A DNA stretch of 64,000 nucleotides, from contig OZ251239.1 in NCBI GenBank assembly GCA_965240325.2, forward strand, positions 1,426,001 to 1,490,000, written 5' to 3'. Shown here piece by piece: positions 52,454-62,446 of this stretch. Origin of the DNA: Rebecca billardiae RCC1528. Taxonomy: Eukaryota > Protista > Haptophyta. The notes below the pieces were generated by a model. That model was not told the DNA's origin. It was given only the letters and a program-made list of their open reading frames with translations, and did not search any database. The stretch's first letter is position 1, and the number at the start of each line of letters is the position of its first letter. Both the position numbers and the translations under genes were made by a program.

Positions 52454-53713
52454 ATGCCCAGCACGTGCGGCCGAGCGGGCTGTGGCAAGCAGCCGTCCTT
52501 TGGCATGCCGGGCGGCACACGTCCCAGCCGCTGCGCGACGCACAAGCTGGCCGGCATGGTCGACGTGAGGAGCCGCAGGTGCGAGCATGCCGGCTGCGAC
52601 AAACAGCCGTGCTTTGGCATGGCGGGCGACACACGTGTTAGCCGCTGCGCCACGCACAAGCTGGCCGGCATGGTCGACATGCACCACCGCACGTGCGAGC
52701 ATGCCGGCTGTGACAAGGGGCCGTCGTTTGGCATGCCGGGCGACACACGTGCCAGCCTCTGCGCTACGCACAAGCTGGCCAGCATGGTTGACGTGAGCAA
52801 CCGCAGGTGCGAGCATAGCAGCTGCAACAAGCAGCCGTCCTTTGGCATGCCGGGCGACACACGTGCCAGCCGTTGCGCCACGCACAAGCTGGCCGGTATG
52901 GTGGACGTGGTCAGCCGCAGATGCGAGCATGCCGGCTGTGACATGCGCCCGTCCTTTGGCATGCCGGGTGACACGCGTCTCAGTCGCTGCGCTGCGCACA
53001 AGCTGGGTGGCATGATCGGCGATCACGCCATGCGCGAGCGCAAGCGTGCTGCAGCCCCTGAGCCTCAGCAGGGCGGCAGCGCAAAGCGCCGGCGTGTGCA
53101 GCGCAATGGCGGCAGCACGACCGCAGCATCAGCTGCTGCTGCCAGCTCGCGGCCGCACCCACAGCCACCGATGGCCACGGCTCGCGCCGAGGCTCGCCCT
53201 CCGCACCGCCCTGCTGTCGCGAGTGGCAGCGGCCCATGCAGCCGCGGCGATGGAATGGGCAAGCGCGCGGGGCCGAGCAGGGCGCATGCAGCGCACACAC
53301 AGCCCGCGCTAAGCACTGCCCCGCCCGCTGATGAGCCAGGCGGCAGTGGCAGCGGGGAGCATGTGGCAGACGCTCCGCTGCTGGCCCGGCTGGTCGAGCC
53401 CGCCACGGGCGCGCAGCACGCCGACGCTGCCGCCGAGCTCGCCGCCGAGCGCGCCGCCACCGAGCGCATGCGCGCCGAGCTCGTGCGCGCGCGCATGCGG
53501 CTGCGTCTCGCCGAGCAGGCGGCCGACCCGTCGCACCTGCGCGTGCTGCGCTTGGTCATGGAGGGCGAGACCGAGTCCCCGGGCGCCCAGCCGCGCGTTG
53601 GCGCACGCTCCAGTCCCGCGGCACGAGCTGCTGCTGATGACGAGCGCCAGGCCACGCTGCAGTACCTGCGCGAGCTCGAGGCGAGGGTGCGCGTGCCAGT
53701 CTCAGCACCGTAG
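52454..53713 (+). CDS. EsV-1-7 repeat protein (5 repeats), chimeric middle copy
   Basis: The 5' part nearly matches the 54414 copy; the 3' end and downstream spacer match the 50510 copy. Confidence 0.85.
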   Translation: MPSTCGRAGCGKQPSFGMPGGTRPSRCATHKLAGMVDVRSRRCEHAGCDKQPCFGMAGDTRVSRCATHKLAGMVDMHHRTCEHAGCDKGPSFGMPGDTRASLCATHKLASMVDVSNRRCEHSSCNKQPSFGMPGDTRASRCATHKLAGMVDVVSRRCEHAGCDMRPSFGMPGDTRLSRCAAHKLGGMIGDHAMRERKRAAAPEPQQGGSAKRRRVQRNGGSTTAASAAAASSRPHPQPPMATARAEARPPHRPAVASGSGPCSRGDGMGKRAGPSRAHAAHTQPALSTAPPADEPGGSGSGEHVADAPLLARLVEPATGAQHADAAAELAAERAATERMRAELVRARMRLRLAEQAADPSHLRVLRLVMEGETESPGAQPRVGARSSPAARAAADDERQATLQYLRELEARVRVPVSAP

Positions 53714-54413
53714 TCGCGAGTCTGATCGGCTGAAACTACGCAGGATGACCGCGGCCCGGTGGTTATTATCATCAATGCTGGTGCCAAGTCGCCGCTAGTC
53801 GATCGCGCTACTACTGTGATGCCACACAGACACGACTATCGGCCGACGTGCACGGCTATAGAGTATAGTCACTGACCGGCCCGGCGAGTACTTGGGATTT
53901 TCTCCAGGCGGCGAGCCGGTCTCCGCCGGCGTCTCGGACGTCGTTGTGATGTGATGTGAGCCGGCAACCAACCCTGCCAACATCATTTTATTACCGCTGT
54001 CATCAGGAAGCGTGCGCTCTACTGGAGTCGACCGCGGTAGTGGGCGGTACAGCTGGGCTTGAGCTGGGCAGCCGGAGACTCTAGGCACTCAAGCCGTGCC
54101 TGATGACCGCCCCCATCACAGTATCCGCTGCAGCCGGCACTCGAGCGGCCCACGGACCGCGGCGTTTGTCATACTCGATTCCCATGCCGAACGTGCGCGG
54201 TGGTGTCGGACCCCGCCAACATTCATCGGCGGTGGAGTCGAGTGGAGGCCTGGAGGGTGGACGGCCATCGTGGCTTTCACTGCTCCACTTTGCTGATTTG
54301 CTCTGGCGGCCGAGCCGGAGGGCGCACGATGGCGGCCTCGCCTTGGTAGCCAACACATCTTCACTGCCCTTTCGAGTAGCACGCCATACGCTACCTGGCT
54401 GACGCGCGCGAGG

Positions 54414-55664
54414 ATGCCCAGCACGTGCGGCCGAGCGGGCTGTGGCAAGCAGCCGTCCTTTGGCATGCCGGGCGGCACACGTCCCAGCCGCTGCGCGACG
54501 CACAAGCTGGCCGGCATGGTCGACGTGAGGAGCCGCAGGTGCGAGCATGCCGGCTGCGACAAACAGCCGTGCTTTGGCATGGCGGGCGACACACGTGCTA
54601 GCCGCTGCGCCACGCACAAGCTGGCCGGCATGGTCGACATGCACCACCGCACGTGCGAGCATGCCGGCTGTGACAAGGGGCCGTCGTTTGGCATGCCGGG
54701 CGACACACGTGCCAGCCTCTGCGCTACGCACAAGCTGGCCAGCATGGTTGACGTGAGCAACCGCAGGTGCGAGCATAGCAGCTGCAACAAGCAGCCGTCC
54801 TTTGGCATGCCGGGCGACACACGTGCCAGCCGTTGCGCCACGCACAAGCTGGCCGGTATGGTGGACGTGGTCAGCCGCAGATGCGAGCATGCCGGCTGTG
54901 ACATGCGCCCGTCCTTTGGCATGCCGGGTGACACGCGTCTCAGTCGCTGCGCTGCGCACAAGCTGGGTGGCATGATCGGCGATCACGCCATGCGCGAGCG
55001 CAAGCGTGCTGCAGCCCCTGAGCCTCAGCAGGGCGGCAGCGCAAAGCGCCGGCGTGTGCAGCGCAATGGCGGCAGCACGACCGCAGCATCAGCTGCTGCT
55101 GCCAGCTCGCGGCCGCACCCACAGCCACCGATGGCCACGGCTCGCGCCGAGGCTCGCCCTCCGCACCGCCCTGCTGTCGCGAGTGGCAGCGGCCCATGCA
55201 GCCGCGGCGATGGAATGGGCAAGCGCGCGGGGCCGAGCAGGGCGCATGCAGCGCACACACAGCCCGCGCTAAGCACTGCCCCGCCCGCTGATGAGCCAGG
55301 CGGCAGTGGCAGCGGGGAGCATGTGGCAGACGCTCCGCTGCTGGCCCGGCTGGTCGAGCCCGCCACGGGCGCGCAGCACGCCGACGCTGCCGCCGAGCTC
55401 GCCGCCGAGCGCGCCGCCACCGAGCGCATGCGCGCCGAGCTCGTGCGCGCGCGCATGCGGCTGCGTCTCGCCGAGCAGGCGGCCGACCCGTCGCACCTGC
55501 GCGTGCTGCGCTTGGTCATGGAGGGCGAGGGCGAGCCAGGGGGTGCCCAGCCGCAAGCTGGCGGACGCTGCGGCCCCGCGACACGAGACGAGGCTGAGAA
55601 CCAGGCCACGCTGCAGTACCTGCACGACCTCGAGGCGCGGGTGCGCGGGGTCAGCCGATCCTGA
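54414..55664 (+). CDS. EsV-1-7 repeat protein (5 repeats)
   Basis: Same repeat scaffold, NLS-like segment and C-terminal domain as the other + strand copies. Confidence 0.85.
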   Translation: MPSTCGRAGCGKQPSFGMPGGTRPSRCATHKLAGMVDVRSRRCEHAGCDKQPCFGMAGDTRASRCATHKLAGMVDMHHRTCEHAGCDKGPSFGMPGDTRASLCATHKLASMVDVSNRRCEHSSCNKQPSFGMPGDTRASRCATHKLAGMVDVVSRRCEHAGCDMRPSFGMPGDTRLSRCAAHKLGGMIGDHAMRERKRAAAPEPQQGGSAKRRRVQRNGGSTTAASAAAASSRPHPQPPMATARAEARPPHRPAVASGSGPCSRGDGMGKRAGPSRAHAAHTQPALSTAPPADEPGGSGSGEHVADAPLLARLVEPATGAQHADAAAELAAERAATERMRAELVRARMRLRLAEQAADPSHLRVLRLVMEGEGEPGGAQPQAGGRCGPATRDEAENQATLQYLHDLEARVRGVSRS

Positions 55665-56132
55665 TCGATTGACCCGCGCGCGTCGTCGTCGTGTCCGTCG
55701 AGTCGTGTCGGACGGACGGTGCCGGTGCACCGCCGGGCCAGTGACCCGTGACCTCCGCCGCTATTCGGTGCCGCTGGGCCGGTGCCCGACGACGTGGGTG
55801 CCTCCAGGGTTGCTCCCTCTTCAGGCTGCCTACTGCGTACCGTCGACCGTATACAGGACTTGCCACGGGTCAGCATCGTGATTCGTGACGACGTGACCGT
55901 GTCCACTGGCCACTCAACATCAGGCGGTTTTTGGCGCCCGTCCGGAGCCCTACCAAGGGTGGCCCTACAGTTTACTATGTTTTAACGTGCACACTTGGTT
56001 AAGGCGTGATTGACGCCATCCAACAGTACAAGCCAAGCAGGTGGTCCGGATTCCAAACAGCCCGGCCGCATGCAGCGCTCTCGCCAAACCGGCAACAGCA
56101 ACAGAAACCCCGCGATCCAAGCGGCAGCCCGA

Positions 56133-57431
56133 ATGGCCGCGAACCCGCCCGGCTCGCCCGAGCGCGCGGCGCGGCCGGCGAGCCCGCCGCCGGCGCCGGC
56201 GCGCGCGGTGCGCCCGCGGCACGCGGCGGCGGCGGGGATGAGCGCCGACCAGAGCCACGCGCTCGAGCTCGCGCTCGCCGGGTCCAACGTCTTCATCACC
56301 GGCGGCGCGGGCACGGGCAAGTCGCACGTGCTGCGCTCGCTGATCGAGGCGCTCGAGGCGCGCGGCGACAGGGTGGGCGTCGCCGCGCCGACGGGCACGG
56401 CGGCGGAGCAGATCAACGGCTTCACCCTCCACTCCCTCGTCGGCGTCGGCGTGCCGCGCACCGCCGCCCAGTTCGTGCGCGCGGCCGCCAAGCTGCGCGC
56501 GTACGACGTTCTCGTCCTCGACGAGGTCTCGATGATCTCCGGGGAGATGCTCGACCGCGTGCTGGAGCACGGCGTGGACGGGCGCAGGCGGCGGAGGCCG
56601 CTCCGCCTCGTCGTGTGCGGCGACTTCTACCAGCTCCCGTACATCTCCGGCCTGCCCTCGCGCGTGCTCGAGAACCGCAAGCGCGCGCGCGAGGGCAGCG
56701 CGCGCTCCGAGGCGCAGCTGTGCTGCCCCAACCTGTTCCTCAACCGCGGGTACGCGTTCCAGGCGCGCGCGTGGTGGGACGCGCGGCTGCACATGGTCGA
56801 GCTCTCCACCGCGCACCGCCAGCGCCGCCGCCCCGCGCTGCCAGCCGACGACCCGCCCGCCGGCGCGGCCGAGCCGGCGGGCGCGGCCGGCGCGGCGGCG
56901 CCCGCGGCTGCGCGCGCCGGCGCGCCGCCGCCGAGCGAGCGCGAGCGCGAGCGCGACGAGTTCGTGCGGCTGCTGCACGAGGTGCGCACGGGCACGGTGA
57001 GCGTGGGCAGGCTCGACGCGCTGTACGAGCGCTGCGCCGGCCCGCCCGAGACCGCGGGCGGCCTCGCCCACGTCGTGCCCACCACCTTGCTCCCAACCAA
57101 CCGGGAGGTGGAGGCCACCAACGCGCGAGAGTTTGCGCGGCTGGGCGGGCAGCCGGCGCGCGCGTACGTGGCGCGGGACAGCGTGCGGCTGGACGGCCGG
57201 TTCGACGCCGACCGTGCCGGCGCGGCGCGCGCGCACGCGCAGCTGCTCCGCTTCCTCAGCTCGGCGCAGGCGCCGCGCAGCGCCATCTTCAGAGCGGCGG
57301 GCTCCATCGAGCTGCGAGTGGGTGCGCAGGTGTGCGGCACACGCGCGCGCGCACACACACGCACACGCACACGCGCACACACACGCGCGCACACGCGCAC
57401 ACACACGCACACACACACACACGCACACACA

Positions 57432-57464
<33 letters not shown>

Positions 57465-57581
57465 GCACACGCGCACACACACGCGCGCACACACACACAC
57501 ACGCACACGCGCACACACACGCGCGCGCACACACACACGCACACGCGCACACACACGCACACACACACACACACACGCACA

Positions 57582-57614
<33 letters not shown>

Positions 57615-57657
57615 GCACACGCGCACACACACGCGCGCACACACACACACACGCACA

Positions 57658-57690
<33 letters not shown>

Positions 57691-57749
57691 GCACACGCGC
57701 ACACACACGCACACACACACACACACACGCACACACACACACACGCGCG

Positions 57750-57780
<31 letters not shown>

Positions 57781-57883
57781 ACACGCGCGCACACACACAC
57801 ACACGCACACGCGCACACACACGCGCGCGCACACACACACGCACACGCGCACACACACGCACACACACACACACACACGCACA

Positions 57884-57916
<33 letters not shown>

Positions 57917-58033
57917 GCACACGCGCACACACACGCGCGCACACACACACACACGCACACGCGCACACACACGCGCGCGCACACACACACGCACACGCGC
58001 ACACACACGCACACACACACACACACACGCACA

Positions 58034-58066
<33 letters not shown>

Positions 58067-58071
58067 GCACA

Positions 58072-58104
<33 letters not shown>

Positions 58105-59573
58105 GCACACGCGCACACACACGCGCGCACACACACACACACGCACACGCGCACACACACGCACACACACACTCGCGCGGCGGGCGGCGGCGCGCGCGGG
58201 TTGGTGCTGGGCTGGGCGCGCGCTCACGCGGGTGTGCGCGCCACGCCCTTCGCCCGCTGCCGCAGGTGGTGCTGCTCAGCAACACCGTCGTGCACAACAC
58301 CTACCTGCCCAACGGCGCGCGCGGCCGGGTGAGCGGCTTCATGGGGCTGGCCGCGGCGCGCGCGCACACGGCCCGGAGGCTGGCGGCGGCCAGCGCGATC
58401 ACGATGGGCTGGGCGGGCGTGCCGTCAGAGGAGTGCCCGCCCAGCGTGCAGCGCGCGCGGACGGAGGCCTTCCACTGCGAGGCCGCGCTGAGTTGGATCG
58501 AGGAGCAGCGCACGCCCGAGCAGCACGCGCCGGCGGCCGCGCCCGCGGAGGAGCGCGCGCCCGCTGCTGCTGCTGCGCCGCCGCCGCCGCGGCCGCCAAG
58601 GCGCCGTGGCAATGGCGCCGCCGCGGCGGCGGCGGCGGCGGCGGCGGCGGTGGCCGACGCGCCCGCGCCCGACTACGCCAGCGGCGACGAGGGCGGCGCG
58701 GGCGGCTCGGACGGCGGCGAGGGCGAGGAGAGTGCCGGGATGATGTCGACGCAGTCCGAGCCGGCCTCGCCGCCGCCGCCGCCGCCGCCGCCGCTGCCGC
58801 CGCCGACGACGGCTGAGCCGCTGCCGCCGCTGCCGTCGCACCCGCTGCTCCCCCTCGTCACGTTCGCCAAGCTGGGCGCGGCGGCCGTGCCGATCTTCCC
58901 CGTCGAGTTCGAGCACAAGATCGCCGGGCTCGGCGCGTGCGTGCGGAGCGCGACCCCGCTCGCGCTCGCGTGGGCGCTCACCATCCACAAGGCGCAGGGC
59001 ATGAGCCTCGACTGCATGTGCTGCGACCTCAGCCGCTGCTTTGCAGACGGTCAGGTGTACGTGGCCCTCTCGCGCGCGTCCGGCTTCGGCGCGCTGCAGC
59101 TGCTCGGCTCGCCGCCGTCGCTGGACAGGCAGCTGCGCACCGCGGCGCTCGTCAGCGCCTTCTACAGCTACACGCACGCGCGCGGCCCGCCTGCCGCCCA
59201 GCCGCACGCGCCCGGCCCCGCGCCCGCGCGCGGCGAGAGTGTGCCGCAGGAGGTGGGTGGCGGCTGGTGGGCCAACGACCCGCAGGCGGACGGCGGCTTC
59301 AACACGCGCGAGACGCACGCGCGGCTGTGCGGCGCGCGCTTTGTGCCGCTCGGCGCGGTCGTGCGGCTGGACGACGACGAGACGCCGCGGCCGGCCGAGA
59401 TGGTCGCGGAGCTCGAGCCGCACGGTCACCCGGCCGGCGCGCGCTGCGAGGCGTGCGGCGTGCTGCTCGTGCACTCCGTCGCGTGCTGGGAGCACCAGCG
59501 GCGCCGGCGCGCGGGCGGCACCGCGCCCGCGGCCGCGCGTGACAATGCCGATGCCGACGCCGCCGCTGCGTAG
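56133..59573 (+). CDS. PIF1: PIF1-family 5'-3' DNA helicase; intron 57330-58265
   Basis: [41 protein letters not shown]|VVLLSN across the splice, [26 protein letters not shown]. Start at 56133 or 56070. Confidence 0.9.
57338..58172. repeat. Intronic compound (CA)/(CG) microsatellite, about 835 bp
   Basis: Alternating purine-pyrimidine tract; a 60-bp block recurs at 57691, 57841 and 57991. Confidence 0.95.
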
Positions 59574-60371
59574 TCATACGTGACCACGCGCGCACATGCT
59601 GAGCGCGGCATAACTGCCCGCGCACTGGACTCTTATATATAGGCCGGACTACGATATTCCAGTGACAACGGCGTCAGCGTACGGACGGACGCCAGGAACA
59701 ACGCCGGACCGCGGGCTGGTCGTCTGTGGTCATCGCCACTGCTACTGAATTAGTACATACAATAACATAGTCAGATAGTGCGATGATGATCCGGATCGGT
59801 GATCGTCGGAATTCGGCAGCCGACCAGTAGTCGCGGATGACCGGACGACGGTGCGCTGCTATAACTGCTGTGATGACTGACGACTACGACGATATGCTGA
59901 TAGACGACTGACGAGGATCCGGATCATCTGCTTAATCGGGCCCGCGCCGGGCGGCGCATGCCGATATACAGAAGTGAGTCGGCGCGCGACGGGCCGAGCG
60001 CGCCATAGTTGATGCTGCGTTGCTGCCCGAAACTCTGAACTCGCAGCGTAGCACCAGCCACGGCCCCGTATTCGGTCGTCCGGCCGCGCGCGCCACGGAC
60101 CCACGCCCACGGTGTCATCGAGCTCCGGCACCTAACCGCGTCGTCTGATCGTCGTCATGTTACCTGCTGCGTGCGACGCTCGCCACCAGCCGCCTGCCGA
60201 GCCCATGCGTCCGACATCCGCCGAGCGAGGCACGGCTCGGACCGACCCATCGCCGCAGAGAGCGTGCTCGAAGCACACGAAGGATGCCAGGCCTAACCTA
60301 GAAGAGTGCTGCAGAGAGAGGAGGAGGGAGGGAGTCGAGGAGAGAGAGAGAGCGCATACGGGGGCCGCGTG

Positions 60372-60812
60372 TTATTTGACGTCGAACTTCTGCTTGACGA
60401 CGGCACCGGCGTCGGCCTTCTTGCTGTCGGCCTGCTGGGCCCTCTTGGCCTCCGCAGCCGCCTGCTTTTCGCGCATCTTGTCCGCATCGCTGCGGGCCGG
60501 GCGCGGGGCGTGTGAGCGCCGGCTGCTGCGGCGGGCGCGCGCCTGGCTCGGAGCGGGTGCGGCGCGGCGCGTGGGCTCACCTCTGCGCGCTCTTCAGGTT
60601 AGACTTGGTATCCTTCGCATACTTCTGGTTGCGCGCCTGCGCGCGCGCCCGATCCGTGTCCCGCTGGTTGCCACCTGCCGCCGGCAGCACGCGTGGTCGC
60701 AGCCGCGGAGATACGTCGCGCGCGCACAGGCAGAGCGTTGATACGGCGCCCGGCGCAGCGGCCGCGTCGAGAGCGCGAGCACGCGGCACGTGGGTGTGCG
60801 CGCACGTGTCAT
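60372..60812 (-). CDS. SERF/4F5-family small protein, paralogue 1; exons 60812-60806, 60674-60581, 60489-60372
   Basis: Spliced product MTRGNQRDTDRARAQ...SDADKMREKQAAAEAK matches the SERF MTRGNQR...DA..MREKQ pattern. Confidence 0.85.
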
Positions 60813-61484
60813 TCGAAGGGTTCGGTTGTCGAGGAGCAGTGGCGCCTCCCACGAGCCCTCTCTCGCCCTGGCAGCAGCTGCCCTGGGATGCGCGCCTCGC
60901 TTGGCACCTGCCAACAAGGTTGATGGCAGGTGCGCACGGCCACACGCACGCCCAAGGCTGGGGCCGCCCCCGCCGCTCGGGCTGGGCAGTTGACGAACTT
61001 GCTGCGGACGACTTTGGTTGTTACCGACGCTGGAAAATCATTTTCAGCCGATTTGGTGAGCTTTTCTAATCCTACACTGGCGTCGCTAGGCGACGACATG
61101 CTCAGCACACTTGGCGAGACGTTGCGATGGTATTGTTTGTGTGGCGCCAGAATGCGCGACCATGGTGACGACCATCGCATCGCCATCATCAGCACTTGAT
61201 GATGACTGATGATCCAGTCGCGTAATAGATTCACTCACAGTCACAATGTGTGTGATGTGACGTGACTTGCTGACGGCGCCACGCCCGGCCGGGCGCCAGC
61301 AAGGAGCAACGCGTTCCTCCATCGGCAGCCCAAGTGCCCGCGCGTCCCTGCGTGGGTCTCCATGCGCCGCTCTGCACGAGGCCGGCGCGCCTGCCACCGA
61401 CCTGGGAGGCCGCGGCGGCAGCGGCTGTGAGCTGCAGCCTCCGCCGCACGCTCGGCGGCAGGCAGGCCGGTGCCGGGCGACGTG

Positions 61485-61933
61485 CTACTTGATTTCGAAG
61501 CGCTGCTTGACGACCACGCCCGAGTCCACCTTCTGGGGCGCAAGGGCGGCCTTCTTCGCCTCCGCGGCCGCCTGCTTCTGCCGCATCTTGTCCGCGTCGC
61601 TGCGGGGGGTCGGCGGAGGGAGCGCAAAGCGGCGTGAGCGCTTTCTCTCGGCCGCGCACGGCGTGCTGCAAGGCTTGAGCCGGGCGCGGGAGCGTGGAGA
61701 GCGCGCACCTCTGCGCGGTCTTCAGGTTGGACTTGCCATCTTTGGCGTACCTCTCCTTCCGCGCCTGCGCACGCGCCCGGTCCGTGTCGCGCTGGTTGCC
61801 GCCTGCGTCGAGCCGGCGCATCGAGCAGCCGCCGACACACCGCGGGCGCGCGGGGCGGTGAGCCACGGTGCTTCGATGGGTGACACGCTCAAAGGCCGAG
61901 CGCACGACGCACGAACGTGCGCGCACGTGACAT
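61485..61933 (-). CDS. SERF/4F5-family small protein, paralogue 2; exons 61933-61927, 61802-61709, 61599-61485
   Basis: Spliced product MSRGNQRDTDRARAQ...SDADKMRQKQAAAEAKK; same intron positions as paralogue 1. Confidence 0.85.
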
Positions 61934-62446
61934 CTGCGCTCGTCCGCCGCGAGTGTGTGTCCGCGCGCCGCTCCGCAGCCCAGGCGGCCGCCCCCAGCAG
62001 GCCACGGTCTTGGGAAGGCTTGGTGCAGCTCCCTCGCGGAAGGCTACCGGCTGGCGCGTCTGGACTGCCGCGTGAATCTTGGGGGTTGTCCGGTTCCATG
62101 TCCGGTGACTTCCTCACCTGCTGCAAGGGCCTTGCCTGCTGGCTGCTGCGGCTGCTTGGCTGCTTGAGTCTTGAAGCTGATCAACAGCCGGACCTCTAAA
62201 ATCGCTGAAAGCAAGTAAGCAACCCGGTCCCGGACTTCGACATGGGCCGGAAGCCGAATGCAGGGCGGCGAAGGGTCGCCGCCCTTTTTCTCAGCTTTTT
62301 CCATCTGTGAGTCACTGAGTCTCCATCGGTCGCATTGGAGCGCTGCCGAGACTGAACTGGCCAATCAGCTGCGCCTGAGCAGCATCCGAAGGGACATTCA
62401 GAAGTGCAGACGCGCGGCGGACCCGCGGTGGACGCGCGCATCTGCG

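Larger units (their letters stand above)
50368..55994. repeat. 29-bp direct repeat pair (28/29 identical) bracketing the three-gene EsV-1-7 cluster
   Basis: TACAGTTTACTATG(A/T)TTTAACGTGCACAC at 50368-50396 and 55966-55994. Confidence 0.85.

Noticed and set aside
21694-55664. Endogenous giant-virus insertion suggested by the EsV-1-7 repeats
   Set aside because: No viral core genes, no clear compositional break, and the neighbours are intron-containing cellular genes.
55965-58816. His-Thr or Cys-Val repeat proteins
   Set aside because: Translations of the intronic (CA)/(CG) microsatellite.
56133-59573. PIF1 as a Helitron RepHel transposase mobilising nearby genes
   Set aside because: No HUH/Rep domain upstream and no Helitron-type ends seen; it reads as a stand-alone cellular PIF1.
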